64,000 nt of DNA from Octopus vulgaris (lineage: Eukaryota). The notes below the pieces were generated by a model, which worked only from the letters and a program-made list of their open reading frames with translations, was not told where the DNA came from and did no database searches. Position numbers and translations under genes: made by a program. Shown in pieces: positions 32,388 to 45,935 of the stretch. Within the stretch, counting starts at the first letter, position 1. Each line of letters opens with the position of its first letter. The stretch spans positions 89,156,001-89,220,000 of the forward strand of contig OX597814.1 in NCBI GenBank assembly GCA_951406725.2, in the 5' to 3' direction.

Positions 32388-32758
32388 GCACAGAAGTGTC
32401 TGTGTGGTAAGTAGCTTACTTACCGACTACATGTTCCGGGTTCAGTCCCACTGCGTGACACCTTGGGCATGTGTCTTCTACTATAGCCTCGGTCAACCAA
32501 AGCCTTATGAGTGGATTTGGTAGACGGAAACTGAACGAAGCCCGTCTTATATATATGTGTGTCTGTGTTTGTCCCCCCAACATCGCTTGACAACCGATGC
32601 TGGTGTGTTTACGTCCCTGTAACTTAGCTGTTCGGCAAAAGAGACCAATAGAATAAGAATTAGGTTTACAAAGAATAAGTCCTGGGGTCGATTTGCTCGA
32701 CTAAATGTGGTGCTCCAGCATGGCTGCAGTTAAATGACTGAAACAAGTAAAAGAGTAT
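32388..32758 (+). mobile_element. Full-length SINE family A copy; others near 15565-15790 (-), 19690-19910, 46290-46697 and 57375-57745 (-)
   Basis: tRNA head, body and LINE-like tail gtgctccagcatggctgcagttaaatgactgaaacaagtaaaagag. Confidence 0.85.
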
Positions 32759-33564
32759 AACATAAAGATAAAAAACCTTAAACACAAAAACTTAACCTAG
32801 CATTGTTTCTTCTTTTGCTCAATAACTTTTGTGCAAAGGCTACTGAGACACAGTTGTAACACAGGATAAAAAAATGATCATTGTTAATTAAATAAAAAAA
32901 ACCAGTTGCTGTTCATAAACTAGGTATCTATTATACAGCAAAGTAAATGAAAGAGAGTAGAATTTAGTAACTTTACTGAAAATGAAATGATGCAAAAGTT
33001 GTCTCATACCATTCTTAAAAACTATAAAGTTGTGATCCATCATCTGATTTTCTAAATAAGTTCAACTGTTATTCTTGGTTTAGTTTTACATACCATTTTA
33101 TCATCTTCTTCCCTTAAATTTGCAGTGATATCCACATTTTAATTATTCCACTGCAGGTTATTTTCCGTTTCATCTAATTCATTACTAATCCCAGTCTTTA
33201 AAAAGCTCTTATATTACTGTATGTTTATGTATAGCATTCCAAGATACTTTAACTAAGGTGGCAACAGTAGCAAGACCAGGCATTTTTTTGCTAACTTCTA
33301 TTTTTTTTCCACTTCATGAGATGACATCCTCGATACTGTTGCAGATTTGAAACCAAATCATTGGACAGTTGTGCACATACCACACTGAGATCACTATCGT
33401 CTCATGTGATTGACCATTTAACTGACCACTCAGCATCAAGCCATCACATGATTTCACTTTCTAAAACCTTCTTATGAGTTTTATAAAAGGTATATTTTTT
33501 GGCAGTAACTTTAGAAAGTCAAGATAGTTGCTTTAACAACTTTTCACTTTTTACATTCTCTCAC

Positions 33565-34790
33565 CATCATTATCATCATCATTGTTTAATGTCTGCTTTC
33601 CATGGTTGGATGGTGTAACTGAAGGCTGGACAAGTCTCCAATCTGATCTGGCAAAGTTTCTACGGCTGGATGCCCTTCCTAACACCAACCACTCCGAGAG
33701 TGTAGTTAGTGCTTTTACATGCCACCGGCATGAGGGTCAGTCAGGCGGTACTGACATTGGCCACACTCAAATGGTGTTTTTTTATGTGCCACTTGCACAG
33801 GAGCCACTCTGGCAGCACTGGCAATGACCACACTCAAATGGTGCTTCTTTTTTTTTTCTTTTGTTTTATGTGCCACCAGCACGGGAGCCAGTCTGCTGCC
33901 TTGGTAACGATCACACTCAAGTGGTGCTTTTAACATTCCACTGGCACAGGTGCCACTCAGGTGGTACTGTCATTGGCCATGACAGCAATTTCACTTGCCT
34001 CAACAGGTCTTCGCAAGCATAGTTTATTGTCCAATGATTGAAGGGTACTCTTAAATGGGCTGGTTATACAGCACTGACATAGGCCACGGTTATGGTCTCA
34101 CTTGGCTTGCCAGGTCTTCTCACGCACAGCATATCTCCAAAGGTCACGGTCATTTGTCATTGCCTCGGTGAGGCCCAATGTTCAAAGGTCGTACTTCACC
34201 GCCTCATCCCAGGTCTTCCTGGGTCTACATCTTCCACAGGTTCCCTCAACTGCTAGGGTGTGACACTTTTTCACACAGCTGTCCTCATCCATTCACAACA
34301 CATGACCATACCTGCACAGTCGTCTCTCTTGCACACCACATCTGATACTTCTTAAGTTCAACTTTTCTCTCAGGGCGCTCACACTCTGTCGTGTATGCAC
34401 ACTGACATTACACATCCAACGGAGCATACTGGCTTCATTCCTTGCAAGCTTACGCATGTCCTCAGTAGTCACGGCCCATGTTTCACTGCCATGTAGCATA
34501 GCTGTTTGCACACATGCATCATACAGTCTACCTTTTACTCTGAGTGAGAGGCCCTTTGTCACCAGCAGAGGTAAGAACTCTCTGAACTTTTCCCAGGCTA
34601 TCCTTACTCTAGCAGCTACACTTTCAGAGCATCCACTCCCACTACTGACTTGGTCACTTAGGTAATGGAAGCTATCAACTACTTCTAGTTTTTCTCCCTG
34701 GAATGTGACAGAAGCTGTTTTCTGCATGTTTTCAGTGTTTATTGCTCCTAAGCATTTGCCACACACAAAAACTATCTTCCCAGCTAGTCC
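33565..34790 (-). mobile_element. RTE LINE 3' portion (RT C-terminus ORF 34293-34793, 3'UTR, (GAT)n tail) in EEPD1 intron 1
   Basis: LEVVDSFHYL..ARVRIAW..KGRLYDACV..HGSETW..MLRWMC..RYGHV; defines the 3'UTR scattered through the window. Confidence 0.9.
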
Positions 34791-36691
34791 CACATCTGCA
34801 TTGCAGGTTTCATTAAAAGTGTTCTAAGTCCACATTTTCTCAGTTCAATTGGCAGTGAACAATGAGCAATGTTTCCAGAAAGAAATTTTGCACTGTTTGA
34901 AATTATCTTTTTATCTCTTTGAATAATCATGGGATTTAGTTTGTTTCCTTCAGTTAAACAGCAGAAAACTGCAGTAATTTATCTTCAAGTCAAGGAGGAA
35001 TGCAGTTGTTATGACTCTTTTACAGTTTCTCCAAGACTGATGGGAGGGAGTGAGGAAGTTACCCTCAAATTGGAGACCTGGCTTGCAACAGTGGGATTCA
35101 CTAAAGGCACTGAAGGTGCCAGGTGATGTTGCCCAAACCAAACAACCAAGTGTGTCTACCCACCCCACCTCCAAGTACATCATGACAGGATTTGAACTCA
35201 GAATACAAAGAGCTAAAACAAATACTACAAGGCGCCTACTTTGATGTTCTTAATATTCCATCAATCTACCACTCTTGATTGCCTCATTCATATTTCCAAT
35301 TTGACTTTCAAAGTCAAACTGCTTTGTTCATTTTATTATAAAGCTATGGAACCAAATGATATTATCATCCAAATCAGATGAACTTCTGTAAAATTTTTCT
35401 GATGTAGTGCTAAAGAATGCTTTCTGAAGAACTTCTGAAACCACCTATTTAAAAAATAAAAGGTTGATTAACATCCATATTTCTTTTCTTGTGACAGCAT
35501 ACACAATGTCATCACAATATATCTTTAATTTTTCATTGTCTCATACCTGTTCAGTTAATTCTTTTTCTAGTTCTAAACAATGAACCTGTTTTCTTCTTAA
35601 CTTTTTTAATACCAACCTGTCCACAACTGACTTTAGTTCTATGATATAAAATCTCTGTTCTAAAGTGATCTAAGTTAAAGTCTTTCATCAACATTTTCTC
35701 TTAATTTATGTTCCAAATACCAGGTTAATAATAACAAAGTTATTTTACAAAAATTTTTCATTGTTTTCAGAATTAATTGAAACAAGTACATTACATTTCA
35801 AGAGACATGTAGTAACAAAAGGGTTAAAGATTGTTTTTTGCTTAACTTCTGCAGTTGATCTTTGGGCTTTCTCCTCATAGCCTAATTTCTCATCATCGTC
35901 ATCGTTTAACATCCGCCTTCCATGCTAGCATGGGTTGGACGATTTGAGTGAGGACTGGCGAACCAGATGGCTGCATCAGGCTCCAATCTTGATCTGGCAG
36001 AGTTTCTACAGCCGGATGCCCTTCTTAATGCCATCCATATTTTTATTATAATGGCATATATTGATGAGTTTTTTTTTTCTTTTTACTAATAGCATGTGTA
36101 TCACATTTTAAAAACTTTAAATTAAATAATCACTTTAAAATAAAGACTGTATAACCACACACCCAGTGTCTAACTGAATTGAAAATTGTCACTGAATATA
36201 TTTACTTCACATATGACATTTCATGGTCACTTTTAATGAAGTATATCCATCAGTGTCAGGGCTACTGCCTCCAGTCTCTTAGTTTTCAAAGGTCGGTTTT
36301 TGTATTTATTTTTCTATTATATTCAGAATAGTGATACACCAGCACCCTTGCTCACAATTTTCATCCCCATTTTTAAAATTAAATTTCTTGCAAAATAATT
36401 TTACATGCATTTGTTCACATAATTGTTGGGAATAAGTACAAGGCCACCGGAAATGTCACTACAGAATGACTGGCATCCTATCTAGAAAGAGGTTGAGCTT
36501 TCATCTATTTAGCATTAAACATCCTGAATGGAGCTCCAGTCATTAAAAATTTGTTGGGGATTAACAAATAAATTTATACTTTTTTGGTATTTATTTTAAA
36601 ACAAATTTCATTTTTAGATTTCTTTTAGTTTTCTGTTTATTACTTCTTTAATTTCTTTTGTAATGTTGCTCTGTGTATGTTTCTTTGCTTA

Positions 36692-37691
36692 TCTATATAT
36701 ATAAAACTGTAGTTGTGTGAGTGTCTGTCCCCTTCGATTTAGATTCCTAACTACTCCCACATTTTGCGGTGCAGTTTAACCAAATTTGGGTATCTTATAG
36801 TCGTGATTCATATCGAGCCCGTCTGGGTATTAGCGCGTGTCTACGATGAGTCTACGATTTTAAAAATAATTTAACATTTTTTATTCCATTTTAATGCATA
36901 TTTTTTCGTGTGTCGATGGCGGCGGAGTTGGCGTCCACGCTCACACCTGCGCCTGTGTTGCTTCTCCCCCTTCTTCCCTCCCTCGTGAAGCTGTGGGGAA
37001 GGGAGTGTAAGGAAATCAACGTCGTAATGCGTTGTCAAGGAGACCAGCGTTCTTTTAGAACAACGACTTCATGGCTTGAAGTCGCCAAAACAGAAATCGC
37101 TAAAAAAGCTGAAACAGATCCACAAAAACGACAATTACTGCCACACAGGGCAGGTTTCCTGTGCAAACAATTTGCACAACCGAATGTTTTAGTTGTTGCA
37201 CAAATCTTTATATATAAAAGTAAGGTTGTGTGTCTGTCTCCTACGATTTAGATTCCTAACTACTCCCACATTTTGCGGTGCAGTGTAACTATCTTATAGT
37301 CGTGATTCATATCGAGCCCTTCTGGGTATTAGCGCGCGTCTACGATGAGTCTACGATTTTAAAAAAATTTACCATCATTTTTTATTCCATTTTAATGCAT
37401 TTTTCGCTATTATATAAGGGAAGTAACTCTCTAAAAATGTCTACGATGAGTCAACGATTAAAAAAAAATTACCATAATTTTTTATTCCATTTTAATGCAT
37501 TTTTCGCTATTATATAAGGGAAGTAACTCTCTAAAAATGTCTACGATGAGTCAACGATTTAAAAAAAAATTACCATCATTTTTTATTCCATTTTTAATGC
37601 ATTTTTTGCTATTTTTTTGCTATAACTCACTAAAAATGCTTATATAGTTATTTCCCTTACAAACCCGAGCAACGCCGGGCGATACTGCTAG
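36692..37691 (+). mobile_element. Non-autonomous Helitron (1000 bp) with a duplicated 5' end and internal ~100-bp repeats
   Basis: A|TC 5' end; 3' hairpin cccgagcaacgccggg then CTAG|T; no TSD; a second TC-tatatataaaa 5' end at 37205. Confidence 0.88.
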
Positions 37692-39068
37692 TTATAAATA
37701 AAGAATGAAACCAAGCCACACTATCTATCTTATATAGCTCTTTATAAAATTTACTTCTAGTACTGGCAACACCAAGCAGGTTTTGGATTCACCTACAAAA
37801 ACATTTGTAACATCTATTTTTTCTTCTTTAACCACCCACTTTTTTTTTACAGTTATATCTTGTAAGATAAAAAACAATATTTTTCTGCAGGAATATGAAG
37901 ACATTGCAAGTGTGTGGTACATCTGTTGCAGTCAGTGAATCTAATTCATTTAATGAAATTTAATATTATTTTAATATTTAATTTGTAAATCTGCTAAGGT
38001 TGACTTTGCCTTTCATCCTTTCAGGGTTGATAAAATAAGTTGAGCACTGGAGTTGATGTAATTGACTTAGTCCCTCCCCCGAAATTTTTAACCTTGGGCC
38101 AAAATTTGAAACTTATATTCAATTTGTAATGTTAGAAATCGATATTTCATTTGTAAAATTAAGTTGCATGTTTCTGCTGAAGGGATAAGTTTATTGCGTA
38201 CTTCTATTTTTAGAGTTTTATTTTTTTTAAAAACTTTTTTAATTCGAAGGTCAGAAGAGTAACTGGATAAAAAAAAAGCCAAATACTGAAATTTTGCTTA
38301 AGAGTTCAATTTCAGATTTATCTCTTCCACACCGCTCTCCCCTCCTCCACCTGCCCCTCTCTTTCTAGGAAGAGAAATGTTTTTGGGTATAACTCGCCAT
38401 ATAATTTATGTGAAAAGAACAGTTTTGTGAAACTTTTTCTCTCCCTAATCAAGCTGTTTCTTGAATGCCCATGGATGCTGTCAGTTGTTCAAGAAGAACA
38501 ATATAAAGATGAGCTATAGCTGCATGAAAAATATGTTAAAAGCTTAATCCTAAAATAATGCAAATGAGCATAGAGTGAAAAGGACTAATGTGTAGTTTCT
38601 TAAGTTAAGTGCTTTGCCTCTAAAAAGAAAAATATCTAATAAAAAGATATTGTATACTATTATCATATCTTTACTAGATGTAGATCTTATAAAGCACTCC
38701 TTCACAAGTTGCCGGTCGTAAAAACAGCTCATTTCATCAGACAGCAGAACAGCACTGCAGCAAATTATGAAGTCTATGTCTATTTCGAAAACAAATTATG
38801 AAACAAAGGACAGGCCATTACTTGGGTAATATTAGATATTACATCAGCATTTAGGAATGGGTCACACTCCTGCAATTTCTCACATGATTCTGCACTATAT
38901 TTTAATACTAAATGAAAAGCAGAAACAAATTCCAGCCTGCTGACACATGACCAAATTTTATCTGTGCAATTTCATAGAAAATCCTCTTGATGTATGATAA
39001 GTGACTTTTATATATATATATATATATATAAATGGAGTTAAACACAGGTGTTATTCAAATGTTTTTAA

Positions 39069-39157
39069 CTTCCGACATATGTTTCGCAGAAAACATTGGT
39101 ATTATTCCAGAAGGAATAAAATGGTGTAAAAAAATGCAATCTTCTCATCAGGAAAAG
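39069..39157 (-). ncRNA. Hammerhead-like core in a probable Penelope remnant (~39030-39720)
   Basis: Minus strand: cuuuuc-CUGAUGA-(long degenerate stem II)-GAAAC-AUAU-GUC-ggaag. Confidence 0.5.
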
Positions 39158-39721
39158 TAAGAAACTAAACACATCAATAAGACATTTTAGCAGAATGTGA
39201 TGACTACCAGTCATCACATTTAACTTATGGCCCTTGGTTCAAATATAATTGACTAATTGTGAAGATTGCTGGACATACATAACCTGTTCCATTGTAGACA
39301 ACAGGTGGGTTCTGTGTAATATTTCTGTGAGTATACTGTCTTAAGCACCCTGCGGTAATGTTTTGGATACATTCTCACTTGCGTTTTTTCATTAGCATAG
39401 GTAATGCCCTTTGACGGTCATGTTAGTAAGTTTCCTTGTATTCTCATTTTTTTTATCATTTCTTTTCACAACTTTGAAAACAACCTGGTTCCCCCTTTAT
39501 ATTGGAATTACTTGTAAAAAAATTTTTTTGTTCCCTAGATCAATTGTAGGTCACTCTCTTACCTACGGACTTCCTAAACATTGATTGTCACCATATGTGA
39601 AAACAGCTGTAAAATTTGTTACGTCACATAAATGTTATGTCATATTTTGTATTAAATAATAAGCTGTAAATGTGGTCCAGTTGATGTGCTTGTTGATCTA
39701 AGGGTTTCTCCATTTCCTGGT

Positions 39722-40033
39722 TATTTATATATATGTGTGTGTGTGTATATATATATGTGTGTGTGTGCGTGTATGTGTATGTATATATGAATGTATATGT
39801 ATATGTATATATATGTATATATATATATGTATACATATATGTACATATATATGTTTGTGTATGTATATATATATATGTGTATATATATATATGGATATGT
39901 ATATATATATATATATGTGTGTGTATGTATGTGTGTAAGAAAATATATATATAAATATATGCCTGTATATATATGTATGTATATATGTATGTGTATATAT
40001 ATATATATGTATGTATATATATATATGTATGTG

Positions 40034-40064
<31 letters not shown>

Positions 40065-40191
40065 ATATATATATGTATGTATATATATATATGTATGTAT
40101 ATATATATATGTATGTATATATGTATGTATATATATATATGTATGTATATATATATATGTATGTGTATATATATATATGTATATATATATG

Positions 40192-40238
<47 letters not shown>

Positions 40239-40315
40239 ATATATGGATGTATATATATGGATGCATGTATATATGGATGTATATATATGTATTTATGTAT
40301 GTATATATATATATC
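39722..40315. repeat. (TA)n/(TATG)n microsatellite
   Basis: Seen directly. Confidence 0.95.
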
Positions 40316-40605
40316 TTTATCGGCAAGCCAAGTAGACCATAACCTTGTGTCCTATGCCAGGCATTTAACCAGCCCACTTATGCATACCTTCCCTTCATTG
40401 GACACTCCTTGCGAAGACCTGTTGAGGCAAGTGAAATCAAAATCAAATTCAATGACTGGCATCTGTGCTAGTGGAGCCCTAAGAACACCCTCCGAGCGTG
40501 ATCGTTGCCAGTGCGGCCAACTGGTGTTCGTGCCGGTGGCACGTAAAAAGCACCATTCGAGCATGATTGTTACCAGTGTCACCTTTCTGGCACTTGTGCT
40601 AGTGT

Positions 40606-40884
40606 TGTAGTGAGTGCGCGATTTGAATATAGAGGTACCTACCTTCTCTTCTTAGTGACGGAGACCCTCAAGTGATGACTAGTCCTTCCTCACAGCCCCG
40701 ACCCGAACACTAACGATAGCAGCTGCTAGCCCAAACCCTTAGCGACATCCTCACACGTCTTGTCCCCTGCACGACCCACGTTGGAAAAGGCGCAATTTCC
40801 GCTCCCTGTGCACACCTGATGGCTGACCCCTTCCGCTTGCCCCAGCTTCCGGTCAACGCACCCGGCTGCTGACGTCATCCCACA
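40606..40884 (-). repeat. 3' LTR (279 bp)
   Basis: TGTAG...CCACA ends; 40749-40884 matches 44328-44463 with 2 mismatches. Confidence 0.85.
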
Positions 40885-43800
40885 CGCCACCCTGATCTTA
40901 AAGATCACAATCTCTCCGCTCCATGTGGTAGTCCACCATCCAACCGGGAGAGCGCCTTGCTCGTCGGGATCTTCTCAAGCTGGGCTCCTTGTTCTCCCCC
41001 TCTCCAGAATCATCATCCGTCGATGCAACAATCCTGCAAAGGTCCAAGACGTGTCGTGGTGTTCCATCTACGGATACGTTGCTTCTGGAATTGATCGCCG
41101 TCACCGTTCCTCTGCTCCATTGAGACGTACAGCACGCCTTTGGTGGCTTGACCCAGACTTCCTCCCCTATTTTCACGCGAACGGGTCCCTTCTCTTCCTC
41201 GTGACCCTCCGGCGCTTTGCTCGGGTGCCTCCATTCATATTTGAACACAGCTCTCTGCGGCACAAATTCCTCAGCTTGTCCGGATCGGGAGACAAGTTGT
41301 ACCAAAAAACTGCTTCAAGCGGCGAAATGTGCCCTCTTTCCGCTATGGCCTTGACTGTCCGATGGTGCCTCTCCACGATCCCGTTACCGCTCGGCCTATA
41401 CGCTGCTCTGAACAAGCGTCGCACATTCCACCGATCAAGCATAATCCTCAATGCTTCCGAACGAAATGCCGCCCCGTTGTCCATCAGTAGTTCTTCCACG
41501 GGACCTCTCTCTAAAAATATCCCGTTCAGGATCTGCACAATCTCGTCAGCAATGCCCGATCTCAACTCCCTCCAAATGGCCAGCCGGCCCGGCCCACAGT
41601 CGACCATGGAGAGGTACATTCGCTGACGGTAGTGTGTCACATCCACAGCTAGCCTTTTCCAGTTCTGCTCCATGGAAAGGCTTCCCTGTTCATGCCCACA
41701 CGGAGCAGGGTCGATGGACTGACACCTGTTGCAGCTCCCGACCACCTTCCGGACGCTTCTCCTAGTGACGTCAGCATCAATTTTTTTTGCCAGATACAGG
41801 GTCCTGTCCACACCCAGGTGATGCATAGCATGCAGTTTCTTCAGTTCAGAGTCATCCAACTGACATGCCGCAGCTATCCCTTTCCGGGCCTCCTCCAGTT
41901 CTTCCAACCACGCTCTTTTCACCCTGGTCAGTACGTCCGCCCTGTTTTTCTCCGAAGGCACGAAAACCACGTTCAGCTTCAGTCCGAACTCGGCAATCAA
42001 TTCACCTAGAACTCTCCTACACGGCATTTCACTAACATCTCCGCAGCACCTTTCGTCCGCACTCTCCTGTCACCGGTGATCACCGATCCTACCCAGCCAA
42101 GCACAGTGGCCGATCCATCCGCATTTCAATCGTGCGCAGTTCCCATTTCAAGGCCAAGTTCACCCCTTTCAGCAGCGCGTCTAATTCGGCGACATTGATG
42201 TGGTTGAAATCATCTGCTTTCCGAAGCCAGGCCGCGTCCTCCACCGCAGTGCCTTCGATTGCCAACACCACCCCTATCGCTATACTGCTAGCATCACACC
42301 AGACGGTCCCGCATTTCGTCTTGGGCACGTACCAGTTCCCCCTGACCGGGTCTTCCGCTCTTGTCCTCTCTAGGATCTCCTGCATCATCGCCACCGTCCC
42401 TTCTCCCACCTTGTCGCCCCACTTCTCTCCTTCTGCTCGTCTCTTGGTATAACTACATACCGTGCGCAGCCATCCAGCGATAGGGTAGTGACCGACCAAC
42501 TTCCCACACACCGAGAACAGCTCTCTCCTGCTGATGCTGGAACTCAGCTCTGGGATTTCATTTCCTCTCCGGAACACCAATTCACCTGATCCATCTCTTC
42601 GCAGCTTCAGCCCCAGCGCGGCTCCCCCTTCAATCGACTCCGGTGGCTTAGCAATCAGCCCGAACTTCTCCAGATGTCTAACTACCTCGTCGGCTGGCAC
42701 TACAGTTTCGTTCACCAAAATGTCGTCAATGTAGGAGCTGGTGGCCTTTCTAATCTTGCCGTCTTTCCCTAGGACGGACCTAAGCACTGCCGCCATGATC
42801 TTCGAAGCGGAATTCAGCCTTGTACCGCACCAGCTGATATCGCCACAGTTTGTCGCTCACATGGAGCTGCAAGTATGCCGATCTCAAGTCGAGAATCGTC
42901 GCTGCCTCAGTCGACTGTCTCCACTTACGTAATGCCTCGCCACAAACGTCTGTCGCCTCACCTCCCGTGTGACACGATATGTGCTGGTTTAGCTCCCTGA
43001 AGTCCAGCACCAGTCTGACTTTTCCCTTCGTAGGCTGCACCACCGTCATCAGGGGTAGCACTCCGCCCGCTACCTCCTCCTTCCAAGGGACAAGGACCCC
43101 TTCCTCGATCCACCTCTCCACCTCGTCTTCAAACTCGACCCTGGCGTGGCCTTTCAGGGTATGCTGGTAACAGCTCACCCTGTTCTCCAGCGTCGGGGGC
43201 TTGTCCTTCCATCGCCACTCTATCGTCCACCGCTAACCATCGAACGCCGCCTGAAAGTCTTTGTCCTCGATGGTGTAAGCGGCGCAGTCCCTCGCGGAGC
43301 TCTGCTCCCTCTTGCGATCCTGACTCGCAGTGCACGACGCCCCCACGCTTCCGAACGTGACCTCATTTCCCACAACACTGACGCCACCGAGGCAGTTGAT
43401 AGCGTCCATCCCCATCACCACATCAACTCCATCTATCACGCGTTCGGCCACAATTGCCTGCGCCGCGCACCACTATCTCTACCTTGCTACTGCCTCTGCA
43501 ACGGATTTCGCTGCCGTCGACCGCCCGGACACTACTCACCCCGTTCCATTCCTTCGTCACCCTCGAAGTCACCAGGGTGGTCGTACAGCCCGTATCCACA
43601 AGGGCCTTGAACGTCTCCCCCTCGGCCTCCACGTCAATCAATGGCAGTGTCTCCAATAGCGCCTCTACTCGTTTGAGGGGAAAGTTCGAGAGGCAGCAAC
43701 TTCCCCGCGGTCGTTTCCCTGGTCGCAATCACGGGCAATGTGCCCTGTCTGCCTGCATCAATAGCAAACGGGCCCCGGCTGCGTACAGTCCCACGCCATG

Positions 43801-44463
43801 TGCGGTCCCTAGCATCTAAAACACCGTCCTGAGAACGGCCACTCTCGTTGCACGGTAAGCTTCTGTACCTCTTTCTCGGGACGTCGTCCGTCTTTACGCG
43901 CCTCCGTCACCGACATCGCTATCGCCTTCCGCCCAGAGTGTCTCGTCAACACGTGAGCCTGAGCTACAAGTTCGCTCAACGGCATCTTTTTAACCCCGGG
44001 CAGTCGTTGTAGGTGAATCCCTACATCGTCGGGGAACCCATTCACGAACGCCAGTCGGGCTGTTCTCTCCAGTCCTTCTCCGGCAAACCCGGCCAGAGTC
44101 GCTAGCCTTCTAACTTCTGATACAAAGTCATCCACTTGGCCTCCCATCCACCTGATTGCACCTAGCTTAGCAAAAGCTGTGTACTTGCATTCCGTGTAGG
44201 CATCACGCAAGCGTCGCTCTATATTCTCCTCGCTGAGCCATTCCTCTTCATCCATCTCTAGGTAGAGCGTTAACGCGCTGCCTTCCAAATACAGCGCCAT
44301 AAGACTCGCCACGTCGCTTATGCCCTGCCTCACACGTCTTGTCCCCTGCACAACCCACGTTGGAAAAGGCGCAATTTCCGCTCCCTGTGCACACCTGATG
44401 GCTGACCCCTTCTGCTTGCCCCAGCTTCCGGTCAACGCACCCGGCTGCTGACGTCATCCCACA
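40606..44463 (-). mobile_element. Ty3/Gypsy LTR retrotransposon (gag-PR-RT-RNaseH-IN), frameshifted, with truncated 5' LTR
   Basis: Gag with CFRC knuckle; PR ALVDTG; RT LDFRELN, LDLRSAY, YIDD; RNase H WCDAS..AEL; IN HHCC plus AVDV/MDNG/VER. TG..CA LTR 40606-40884 with a PPT-like run beside it; 136-bp copy at 44328-44463; flanks agtgt/ggtgt. Confidence 0.92.
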
Positions 44464-45324
44464 GGTGTGCAGGTGACACATAAAAAGAAAACACAATTTT
44501 TTCGTGGCCGTTGCCAGTACTGCCTGATTGGCCCTATTCTGGTGGCACGTAAAAGCACCCACTACACTCGGAGTGGTTGGTGTTAGGAAGGGCATCCGGC
44601 TGTAGAAACTCTGCCAGATCAAGATTGGAGTCTGATGCAGCCATCTGGTTCACCAGTCCTCAGTCAAATCATCCAACCCATGCTAGCATGGAGAGCGGAC
44701 GTTAAACGATGATGATGGTGATGATATATAGATAGATAGATATATGTATGTATATATAGATAGATATATGTATGTATATATAGATAGATAGATATATGTA
44801 TGTATATATAGATATATGTAAGTATACACATATAAGTATGTGTGTGTGTGTGTGTGCGTGTATAATCTCTTTGAAATTTTGAAAATGGAAATAGCCAAAA
44901 ACTATTTATACAGTCTACCTTTAGAAAGAACATTTTTTTTGTTTTGCTTTGTTTTTTGTAATTAATTTAATAAGATTACAGGTTTTTCCAACTACTATCA
45001 TTCTCTTTCTGTGTTATTTTTATATGTAGCTCATCATATTCATAATCTTTATTATCATCATCATAATCATCATTTTACATTCAGTTTTCCATATTTGCAT
45101 AGCTGTTCTCCAGCACAACATCTTTACCACTTGTTGCTGTCTCTTCTCATCAGCATCTTGAGATCAACCTTCACTACTTCTTCCCTTGTCTTCTTCTTTT
45201 GCAGTTTAACTTCCATTCCCACTGCAGGTTTCTTTCACTTGAAATATTCAAATGTGTTTTTATCTCTTAAAAATTTCATCTGAAATATTATCTTACTAGC
45301 AACTCATTTCAGATATCAAAATAT

Positions 45325-45705
45325 TTCTAGCATGGAAAACGGATGCTAAACGATGATGATGATGATATAAAAATTGCTTTACATGCTGGTGTCACGTAAA
45401 AAGAACCTGTGCTGGTGCCATTGTCAAAAGCACCCATACTGGTGCCATGTAAAAAAACACCTGTACTGGTGTCACATAAAGAGTACCCATGCTGGTGCCA
45501 CATAAAAAGCATCAAGTCTACTCTGTAAAGTGGTTGGCATTAGAAAGGGCATCCAGCTGTAGAAACCTTGCCAAAATAGGCAAATGGAAACTGATAAGGA
45601 TTTCCAGCTTGCTGGCTCCTATTGGTCTATGCAACCCATGCCTGCATGGAAAATGGGTGTTAAATGATGGTGATGATGATGTCCATGATGATAACAATGA
45701 CGACG
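45325..45705. mobile_element. RTE 3'UTR fragments
   Basis: Family tail and tandem gtgccatgtaaaaa-type units. Confidence 0.7.
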
Positions 45706-45706
45706 A

Positions 45707-45837
45707 TTCTTCTTCTTCTTCTTCTTCTTCTTCTTCTTCTTTTCCTCTTCTTCTTCTTTTCCTCTTCTTCTTCTTCTTCTTTTCCTCTTCTTCTTTTCCT
45801 CTTCTTCTTCTTTTCCTCTTCTTCTTCTTCTTCTTCA
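45707..45837. repeat. (TTC)n-type polypyrimidine repeat ~46 nt upstream of the exon 2 acceptor
   Basis: Seen directly. Confidence 0.95.
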
Positions 45838-45883
45838 CTTAATACTGTTTGTTTACTGATAAACATTCCTTCTTACATTTTAG

Positions 45884-45935
45884 GTTAGGACTTCTTGCTT
45901 TTCAAGAAATCACAGACATGCAAGCTCTTAAAAAG
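45884..45935 (+). CDS. EEPD1: EEPD1-like coding exon 2 (GLGLLAFQEITDMQALKK)
   Basis: tttTAG| acceptor and |GTATCT donor; phase matches exon 1; contains the EEP QE motif. Confidence 0.88.

Larger units (their letters stand above)
40320..44724 (+). mobile_element. RTE 3'UTR (40320-40605 and 44464-44724) split by the Gypsy insertion
   Basis: Both flanks match consecutive parts of the RTE 3'UTR and end in gatgatgat. Confidence 0.75.

Noticed and set aside
45489-45888. Poly-K/E/R or poly-S/F ORFs
   Set aside because: Translation of the (TTC)n repeat.
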